A stretch of DNA of 64,000 nt from Auanema rhodensis (lineage: Eukaryota; Animalia; Nematoda): NCBI GenBank assembly GCA_964057225.1, contig OZ059897.1, positions 20,708,001 through 20,772,000 on the forward strand, read 5' to 3'. Below the pieces are notes generated by a model. The model was not told the origin of the DNA. It searched no databases and saw only the letters and a program-made list of their open reading frames with translations. Position numbers and translations under genes: made by a program. Below are positions 1 through 9,828 of this stretch, in pieces. The first letter of the stretch is position 1. Each line of letters starts with the position of its first letter.

Positions 1-10
1 GCATTCGTGT

Positions 11-38
11 ATGTTGAGTTTGCATGTACACTCAACAT
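11..38. other. Inverted repeat 1 of the monomer (9-bp stem, 10-nt loop), present in every copy
   Basis: ATGTTGAGT (11-19) is the exact reverse complement of ACTCAACAT (30-38). Confidence 0.9.
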
Positions 39-51
39 TGCTTCCAAAAAC

Positions 52-86
52 ATTTTGACAAAAATTTTTTCGAAAAATTTCAAAAT
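52..86. other. Imperfect AT-rich palindrome centred on TTTTTCGAAAAA
   Basis: Perfect 12-bp palindrome TTTTTCGAAAAA (66-77) with outer arms ATTTTGA (52-58) / TCAAAAT (80-86). Confidence 0.8.
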
Positions 87-188
87 AATTTAGCAAAAAG
101 TAGATGTTTTTAGATTCCTTTTTTCAAGGCAAAGACGATGGACAATGTTATTCAACGAAAAAATTAATTCTTCAGGATGAAAATCGAG

Positions 189-210
189 GATATAAGTGTG
201 AACTTATATC
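189..210. other. Inverted repeat 3 of the monomer (9-bp stem, 4-nt GNRA-type loop)
   Basis: GATATAAGT (189-197), loop GTGA (198-201), ACTTATATC (202-210). Confidence 0.92.
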
Positions 211-227
211 AGTTGATATCTCGGTGC

Positions 228-278
228 ATTTTTAAGCTAGCGCAAATCTGATAACACAGATCGACGCAGCTTAAAAAT
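228..278. other. Inverted repeat 4 of the monomer: long interrupted hairpin (11+3+5 bp)
   Basis: ATTTTTAAGCT (228-238)/AGCTTAAAAAT (268-278); GCG (240-242)/CGC (265-267); ATCTG (246-250)/CAGAT (257-261); loop ATAACA. Confidence 0.9.
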
Positions 279-1404
279 CCGCATCGAATGCACTATACTA
301 CATTGAGAAAAGTTTAATACAAAAATTAGTTATGATCGTTTGAAAAATGATGCATTAGTGTATGTTGGGTTTCCATGTACACTCAACATTGCTTCCAAAA
401 ACATTTTGACAAAAATTTTTTCGAAAAATTTTAAAATAATTTAGCGAAAAGTAGATGTTTTTAGATTCGATTTTTCAAGGCAAAGACGATGGACAATGTT
501 ATTCAACGAAAAAATTAATTCTTCAGGATGAAAATCGAGGATATAAGTGTGAACTTATATCAGTTGATATCTCGGTGCATTTTTAAGCTAGCGCAAATCT
601 GATAACACAGATCGACGCAGCTTAAAAATCCGCATCGAATGCACTATACTACATTGAAAAACGCTTAATACAAAAATTAGTTATGATCGTTTGAAAAATG
701 ATGCATTAGTGTATGTTGAGTTTCCATGTACACTCAACATTGCTTCCAAAAACATTTTGACAAAAATTTTTTCGAAAAATTTCAAAATAATTTACCAAAA
801 AGTAGATGTTTTTAGATTCCATTTTTCAAGGCAAAGACGATAGACAATGTTATTCAACGAAAAAGTTAATTCTTCAGGGTGAAAATCGAGGATATAAGTG
901 TGAACTTATATCAGTTGATATCTCGGTGCATTTTTAAGCTAGCGCAAATCTGATAACACAGATCGACGCAGCTTAAAAATCCGCATCGAATGCACTATAC
1001 TACACTGAGAAACGCTTAATACAAAAATTAGTTATGATCGTTTGAAAAATGATGCATTAGTGTATGTTGAGTTTCCATGTACACTCAACATTGCTTCCAA
1101 AAACATTTTGACAAAAATTTTTTCGAAAAATTTCAAAATAATTTAGCAGAAAGTAGATGTTTTTAGATTCCTTTTTTCAAGGCAAAGACGATGGACAATG
1201 TTATTCAACGAAAAAATTAATTCTTCAGGATGAAAATCGAGGATATAAGTGTGAACTTATATCAGTTGATATCTCGGTACATTTTTAAGCTAGCGCAAAT
1301 CTGATAACACAGATCGACGCAGCTTAAAAATCCGCATCGAATGCACTATACTACATGGAAGAACGCTTAATACAAAAATTAGTTATGATCGTTTGAAAAA
1401 TGAT

Positions 1405-4400
1405 GCATTAGTGTATGTTGAGTTTCCATGTACACTCAACATTGCTTCCAAAAACATTTTGACAAAAATTTTTTCGAAAAATTTCAAAATAATTTACCAA
1501 AAAGTAGATGTTTTTAGATTCCATTTTTCAAGGCAAAGACGATAGACAATGTTATTCAACGAAAAAGTTAATTCTTCAGGGTGAAAATCGAGGATATAAG
1601 TGTGAACTTATATCAGTTGATATCTCGGTGCATTTTTAAGCTAGCGCAAATTTGATAACACAGATCGACGCAGCTTAAAAATCCGCATCGAATGCACTAT
1701 ACTACATTGAAAAACGCTTAATACAAAAATTAGTTATGATCGTTTGAAAAATGATGCATTCGTGTATGTTGAGTTTCCATGTACACTCAACATTGCTTCC
1801 AAAAACATTTTGACAAAAATTTTTTCGAAAAATTTCAAAATAATTTAGCAAAAAGTAGATGTTTTTAGATTCCTTTTTTCAAGGCAAAGACGATGGACAA
1901 TGTTATTCAACGAAAAAATTAATTCTTCAGGGTGAAAATCGAGGATATAAGTGTAAACTTATATCAGTTGATATCTCGGTGCATTTTTAAGCTAGCGCAA
2001 ATCTGATAACACAGATCGACGCAGCTTAAAAATCCGCATCGAATGCAGTATACTACACTGAGAAACGCTTAATACAAAAATTAGTTATGATCGTTTGAAA
2101 AATGATGCATTAGTGTATGTTGAGTTTCCATGTACACTCAACATTGCTTCCAAAAACATTTTGACAAAAATTTTTTCGAAAAATTTCAAAATAATTTAGC
2201 AAAAAGTAGATGTTTTTAGATTCCTTTTTTCAAGGCAAAGACGATGGACAATGTTATTCAACGAAAAAATTAATTCTTCAGGATGAAAATCGAGGATATA
2301 AGTGTGAACTTATATCAGTTGATATCTCGGTACATTTTTAAGCTAGCGCAAATCTGATAACACAGATCGACGCAGCTTAAAAATCCGCATCGAATGCACT
2401 ATACTACATGGAAGAACGCTTAATACAAAAATTAGTTATGATCGTTTGAAAAATGATGCATTAGTGTATGTTGAGTTTCCATGTACACTCAACATTGCTT
2501 CCAAAAACATTTTGACAAAAATTTTTTCGAAAAATTTCAAGATAATTTACCAAAAAGTAGATGTTTTTAGATTCCATTTTTCAAGGCAAAGACGATAGAC
2601 AATGTTATTCAACGAAAAAGTTAATTCTTCAGGGTGAAAATCGAGGATATAAGTGTGAACTTATATCAGTTGATATCTCGGTGCATTTTTAAGCTAGCGC
2701 AAATCTGATAACACAGATCGACGCAGCTTAAAAATCCGCATCGAATGCACTATACTACATTGAGAAAAGCTTAATACAAAAATTAGTTATGATCGTTTGA
2801 AAAATGATGCATTAGTGTATGTTGAGTTTCCATGTACACTCAACATTGCTTCCAAAAACATTTTGACAAAAATTTTTTCGAAAAATTTCAAAATAATTTA
2901 GCAAAAAGTAGATGTTTTTAGATTCCTTTTTTCAAGGCAAAGACGATGGACAATGTTATTCAACGAAAAAATTAATTCTTTAGGGTGAAAATCGAGGATA
3001 TAAGTGTGAACTTATATCAGTTGATATCTCGGTACATTTTTAAGCTAGCGCAAATCTGATAACACAGATCGACGCAGCTTAAAAATCCGCATCGAATGCA
3101 CTATACTACATTGAAAAACGCTTAATACAAAAATTAGTTATGATCGTTTGAAAAATGATGCATTCGTGTATGTTGAGTTTCCATGTACACTCAACATTGC
3201 TTCCAAAAACATTTTGACAAAAATTTTTTCGAAAAATTTCAAAATAATTTAGCAAAAAGTAGATGTTTTTAGATTCCTTTTTTCAAGGCAAAGACGATGG
3301 ACAATGTTATTCAACGAAAAAATTAATTCTTCAGGGTGAAAATCGAGGATATAAGTGTAAACTTATATCAGTTGATATCTCGGTGCATTTTTAAGCTAGC
3401 GCAAATCTGATAACACAGATCGACGCAGCTTAAAAATCCGCATCGAATGCACTATACTACACTGAGAAACGCTTAATACAAAAATTAGTTATGATCGTTT
3501 GAAAAATGATGCATTAGTGTATGTTGAGTTTCCATGTACACTCAACATTGCTTCCAAAAACATTTTGACAAAAATTTTTTCGAAAAATTTCAAAATAATT
3601 TAGCAAAAAGTAGATGTTTTTAGATTCCTTTTTTCAAGGCAAAGACGATGGACAATGTTATTCAACGAAAAAATTAATTCTTCAGGATGAAAATCGAGGA
3701 TATAAGTGTGAACTTATATCAGTTGATATCTCGGTACATTTTTAAGCTAGCGCAAATCTGATAACACAGATCGACGCAGCTTAAAAATCCGCATCGAATG
3801 CACTATACTACATGGAAGAACGCTTAATACAAAAATTAGTTATGATCGTTTGAAAAATGATGCATTAGTGTATGTTGAGTTTCCATGTACACTCAACATT
3901 GCTTCCAAAAACATTTTGACAAAAATTTTTTCGAAAAATTTCAAAATAATTTACCAAAAAGTAGATGTTTTTAGATTCCATTTTTCAAGGCAAAGACGAT
4001 AGACAATGTTATTCAACGAAAAAGTTAATTCTTCAGGGTGAAAATCGAGGATATAAGTGTGAACTTATATCAGTTGATATCTCGGTGCATTTTTAAGCTA
4101 GCGCAAATTTGATAACACAGATCGACGCAGCTTAAAAATCCGCATCGAATGCACTATACTACATTGAAAAACGCTTAATACAAAAATTAGTTATGATCGT
4201 TTGAAAAATGATGCATTCGTGTATGTTGAGTTTCCATGTACACTCAACATTGCTTCCAAAAACATTTTGACAAAAATTTTTTCGAAAAATTTCAAAATAA
4301 TTTAGCAAAAAGTAGATGTTTTTAGATTCCTTTTTTCAAGGCAAAGACGATGGACAATGTTATTCAACGAAAAAATTAATTCTTCAGGGTGAAAATCGAG

Positions 4401-7400
4401 GATATAAGTGTAAACTTATATCAGTTGATATCTCGGTGCATTTTTAAGCTAGCGCAAATCTGATAACACAGATCGACGCAGCTTAAAAATCCGCATCGAA
4501 TGCACTATACTACACTGAGAAACGCTTAATACAAAAATTAGTTATGATCGTTTGAAAAATGATGCATTAGTGTATGTTGAGTTTCCATGTACACTCAACA
4601 TTGCTTCCAAAAACATTTTGACAAAAATTTTTTCGAAAAATTTCAAAATAATTTAGCAAAAAGTAGATGTTTTTAGATTCCTTTTTTCAAGGCAAAGACG
4701 ATGGACAATGTTATTCAACGAAAAAATTAATTCTTCAGGATGAAAATCGAGGATATAAGTGTGAACTTATATCAGTTGATATCTCGGTACATTTTTAAGC
4801 TAGCGCAAATCTGATAACACAGATCGACGCAGCTTAAAAATCCGCATCGAATGCACTATACTACATGGAAGAACGCTTAATACAAAAATTAGTTATGATC
4901 GTTTGAAAAATGATGCATTAGTGTATGTTGAGTTTCCATGTACACTCAACATTGCTTCCAAAAACATTTTGACAAAAATTTTTTCGAAAAATTTCAAGAT
5001 AATTTACCAAAAAGTAGATGTTTTTAGATTCCATTTTTCAAGGCAAAGACGATAGACAATGTTATTCAACGAAAAAGTTAATTCTTCAGGGTGAAAATCG
5101 AGGATATAAGTGTGAACTTATATCAGTTGATATCTCGGTGCATTTTTAAGCTAGCGCAAATCTGATAACACAGATCGACGCAGCTTAAAAATCCGCATCG
5201 AATGCACTATACTACATTGAGAAAAGCTTAATACAAAAATTAGTTATGATCGTTTGAAAAATGATGCATTAGTGTATGTTGAGTTTCCATGTACACTCAA
5301 CATTGCTTCCAAAAACATTTTGACAAAAATTTTTTCGAAAAATTTCAAAATAATTTAGCAAAAAGTAGATGTTTTTAGATTCCTTTTTTCAAGGCAAAGA
5401 CGATGGACAATGTTATTCAACGAAAAAATTAATTCTTCAGGATGAAAATCGAGGATATAAGTGTGAACTTATATCAGTTGATATCTCGGTACATTTTTAA
5501 GCTAGCGCAAATCTGATAACACAGATCGACGCAGCTTAAAAATCCGCATCGAATGCACTATACTACATGGAAGAACGCTTAATACAAAAATTAGTTATGA
5601 TCGTTTGAAAAATGATGCATTAGTGTATGTTGAGTTTCCATGTACACTCAACATTGCTTCCAAAAACATTTTGACAAAAATTTTTTCGAAAAATTTCAAA
5701 ATAATTTACCAAAAAGTAGATGTTTTTAGATTCCATTTTTCAAGGCAAAGACGATAGACAATGTTATTCAACGAAAAAGTTAATTCTTCAGGGTGAAAAT
5801 CGAGGATATAAGTGTGAACTTATATCAGTTGATATCTCGGTGCATTTTTAAGCTAGCGCAAATTTGATAACACAGATCGACGCAGCTTAAAAATCCGCAT
5901 CGAATGCACTATACTACATTGAAAAACGCTTAATACAAAAATTAGTTATGATCGTTTGAAAAATGATGCATTCGTGTATGTTGAGTTTCCATGTACACTC
6001 AACATTGCTTCCAAAAACATTTTGACAAAAATTTTTTCGAAAAATTTCAAAATAATTTAGCAAAAAGTAGATGTTTTTAGATTCCTTTTTTCAAGGCAAA
6101 GACGATGGACAATGTTATTCAACGAAAAAATTAATTCTTCAGGGTGAAAATCGAGGATATAAGTGTAAACTTATATCAGTTGATATCTCGGTGCATTTTT
6201 AAGCTAGCGCAAATCTGATAACACAGATCGACGCAGCTTAAAAATCCGCATCGAATGCACTATACTACACTGAGAAACGCTTAATACAAAATTTAGTTAT
6301 GATCGTTTGAAAAATGATGCATTAGTGTATGTTGAGTTTCCATGTACACTCAACATTGCTTCCAAAAACATTTTGACAAAAATTTTTTCGAAAAATTTCA
6401 AAATAATTTAGCAAAAAGTAGATGTTTTTAGATTCCTTTTTTCAAGGCAAAGACGATGGACAATGTTATTCAACGAAAAAATTAATTCTTCAGGATGAAA
6501 ATCGAGGATATAAGTGTGAACTTATATCAGTTGATATCTCGGTACATTTTTAAGCTAGCGCAAATCTGATAACACAGATCGACGCAGCTTAAAAATCCGC
6601 ATCGAATGCACTATACTACATGGAAGAACGCTTAATACAAAAATTAGTTATGATCGTTTGAAAAATGATGCATTAGTGTATGTTGAGTTTCCATGTACAC
6701 TCAACATTGCTTCCAAAAACATTTTGACAAAAATTTTTTCGAAAAATTTCAAGATAATTTACCAAAAAGTAGATGTTTTTAGATTCCATTTTTCAAGGCA
6801 AAGACGATAGACAATGTTATTCAACGAAAAAGTTAATTCTTCAGGGTGAAAATCGAGGATATAAGTGTGAACTTATATCAGTTGATATCTCGGTGCATTT
6901 TTAAGCTAGCGCAAATCTGATAACACAGATCGACGCAGCTTAAAAATCCGCATCGAATGCACTATACTACATTGAGAAAAGCTTAATACAAAAATTAGTT
7001 ATGATCGTTTGAAAAATGATGCATTAGTGTATGTTGAGTTTCCATGTACACTCAACATTGCTTCCAAAAACATTTTGACAAAAATTTTTTCGAAAAATTT
7101 CAAAATAATTTAGCAAAAAGTAGATGTTTTTAGATTCCTTTTTTCAAGGCAAAGACGATGGACAATGTTATTCAACGAAAAAATTAATTCTTTAGGGTGA
7201 AAATCGAGGATATAAGTGTGAACTTATATCAGTTGATATCTCGGTACATTTTTAAGCTAGCGCAAATCTGATAACACAGATCGACGCAGCTTAAAAATCC
7301 GCATCGAATGCACTATACTACATGGAAGAACGCTAAATGCAAAAATTAGTTATGATCGTTTGAAAAATGATGCATTAGTGTATGTTGAGTTTCCATGTAC

Positions 7401-9828
7401 ACTCAACATTGCTTCCAAAAATATTTTGACAAAAATTTTTTCGAAAAATTTCAAAATAATTTAGCAAAAAGTAGATGTTTTTAGATTCCTTTTTTCAAGG
7501 CAAAGACGATGGACAATGTTATTCAACGAAAAAATTAATTCTTTAGGGTGAAAATCGAGGATATAAGTGTGAACTTATATCAGTTGATATCTCGGTACAT
7601 TTTTAAGCTAGCGCAAATCTGATAACACAGATCGACGCAGCTTAAAAATCCGCATCGAATGCACTATACTACATTGAAAAACGCTTAATACAAAAATTAG
7701 TTATGATCGTTTGAAAAATGATGCATTCGTGTATGTTGAGTTTCCATGTACACTCAACATTGCTTCCAAAAACATTTTGACAAAAATTTTTTCGAAAAAT
7801 TTCAAAATAATTTAGCAAAAAGTAGATGTTTTTAGATTCCTTTTTTCAAGGCAAAGACGATGGACAATGTTATTCAACGAAAAAATTAATTCTTCAGGGT
7901 GAAAATCGAGGATATAAGTGTAAACTTATATCAGTTGATATCTCGGTGCATTTTTAAGCTAGCGCAAATCTGATAACACAGATCGACGCAGCTTAAAAAT
8001 CCGCATCGAATGCACTATACTACACTGAGAAACGCTTAATACAAAAATTAGTTATGATCGTTTGAAAAATGATGCATTAGTGTATGTTGAGTTTCCATGT
8101 ACACTCAACATTGCTTCCAAAAACATTTTGACAAAAATTTTTTCGAAAAATTTCAAAATAATTTAGCAAAAAGTAGATGTTTTTAGATTCCTTTTTTCAA
8201 GGCAAAGACGATGGACAATGTTATTCAACGAAAAAATTAATTCTTCAGGATGAAAATCGAGGATATAAGTGTGAACTTATATCAGTTGATATCTCGGTAC
8301 ATTTTTAAGCTAGCGCAAATCTGATAACACAGATCGACGCAGTTTAAAAATCCGCATCGAATGCACTATACTACATGGAAGAACGCTTAATACAAAAATT
8401 AGTTATGATCGTTTGAAAAATGATGCATTAGTGTATGTTGAGTTTCCATGTACACTCAACATTGCTTCCAAAAACATTTTGACAAAAATTTTTTCGAAAA
8501 ATTTCAAAATAATTTACCAAAAAGTAGATGTTTTTAGATTCCATTTTTCAAGGCAAAGACGATAGACAATGTTATTCAACGAAAAAGTTAATTCTTCAGG
8601 GTGAAAATCGAGGATATAAGTGTGAACTTATATCAGTTGATATCTCGGTGCATTTTTAAGCTAGCGCAAATTTGATAACACAGATCGACGCAGCTTAAAA
8701 ATCCGCATCGAATGCACTATACTACATTGAAAAACGCTTAATACAAAAATTAGTTATGATCGTTTGAAAAATGATGCATTCGTGTATGTTGAGTTTCCAT
8801 GTACACTCAACATTGCTTCCAAAAACATTTTGACAAAAATTTTTTCGAAAAATTTCAAAATAATTTAGCAAAAAGTAGATGTTTTTAGATTCCTTTTTTC
8901 AAGGCAAAGACGATGGACAATGTTATTCAACGAAAAAATTAATTCTTCAGGGTGAAAATCGAGGATATAAGTGTAAACTTATATCAGTTGATATCTCGGT
9001 GCATTTTTAAGCTAGCGCAAATCTGATAACACAGATCGACGCAGCTTAAAAATCCGCATCGAATGCACTATACTACACTGAGAAACGCTTAATACAAAAA
9101 TTAGTTATGATCGTTTGAAAAATGATGCATTAGTGTATGTTGAGTTTCCATGTACACTCAACATTGCTTCCAAAAACATTTTGACAAAAATTTTTTCGAA
9201 AAATTTCAAAATAATTTAGCAAAAAGTAGATGTTTTTAGATTCCTTTTTTCAAGGCAAAGACGATGGACAATGTTATTCAACGAAAAAATTAATTCTTCA
9301 GGATGAAAATCGAGGATATAAGTGTGAACTTATATCAGTTGATATCTCGGTACATTTTTAAGCTAGCGCAAATCTGATAACACAGATCGACGCAGCTTAA
9401 AAATCCGCATCGAATGCACTATACTACATGGAAAAACGCTTAATACAAAAATTAGTTATGATCGTTTGAAAAATGATGCATTAGTGTATGTTGAGTTTCC
9501 ATGTACACTCAACATTGCTTCCAAAAACATTTTGACAAAAATTTTTTCGAAAAATTTCAAGATAATTTACCAAAAAGTAGATGTTTTTAGATTCCATTTT
9601 TCAAGGCAAAGACGATAGACAATGTTATTCAACGAAAAAGTTAATTCTTCAGGGTGAAAATCGAGGATATAAGTGTGAACTTATATCAGTTGATATCTCG
9701 GTGCATTTTTAAGCTAGCGCAAATCTGATAACACAGATCGACGCAGCTTAAAAATCCGCATCGAATGCACTATACTACATTGAGAAAAGCTTAATACAAA
9801 AATTAGTTATGATCGTTTGAAAAATGAT
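1405..9828. repeat. Irregular higher-order repeat built on a three-monomer (1,053 bp) cycle of monomer subtypes
   Basis: Recurring order R (GTAA loop, CACTGAG) > Q (GGAT, GTAC, CATGGAAG) > P (TACC, CCAT, GATAG, AAGTT), e.g. R-Q-P starting at 1756, 3160, 4213, 5968, 7723 and 8776. Confidence 0.8.

Larger units (their letters stand above)
1..351. repeat. Representative monomer (arbitrary phase), ~31% GC, rich in A/T tracts
   Basis: Hand count of the consensus gives about 53 C and 56 G in 351 nt. Recurrent polymorphic sites lie at monomer positions 6, 17, 84, 93, 95, 118-119, 140, 163, 173, 177, 200, 226, 248 and 303-316. Confidence 0.97.

Noticed and set aside
144-160. CENP-B box on the minus strand (TTTCGTTGAATAACATT)
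   Set aside because: It matches the TTCG and central A but lacks the essential CGGG half.
120-176. Hammerhead ribozyme on the minus strand (CUGAAGA from TCTTCAG), as known in some satellites
   Set aside because: No stem II closing onto a properly placed GAAA, and no stems I/III could be built. The + strand CTGATAA does not match CUGANGA.
189-278. Rho-independent terminators
   Set aside because: The stems are AT-rich, lack a correctly placed U-tract on the + strand and have no upstream gene.
1-351. 5S rRNA, tRNA or spliced-leader/snRNA tandem gene unit
   Set aside because: No recognisable 5S, cloverleaf, Pol III A/B box or known leader sequence by eye. An Rfam/Infernal search would be the decisive test.
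1-351. Assignment to a named satellite family (e.g. Drosophila 359-bp, Tribolium ~360-bp)
   Set aside because: Only the size and AT content are similar; I cannot recognise sequence identity without a database search.
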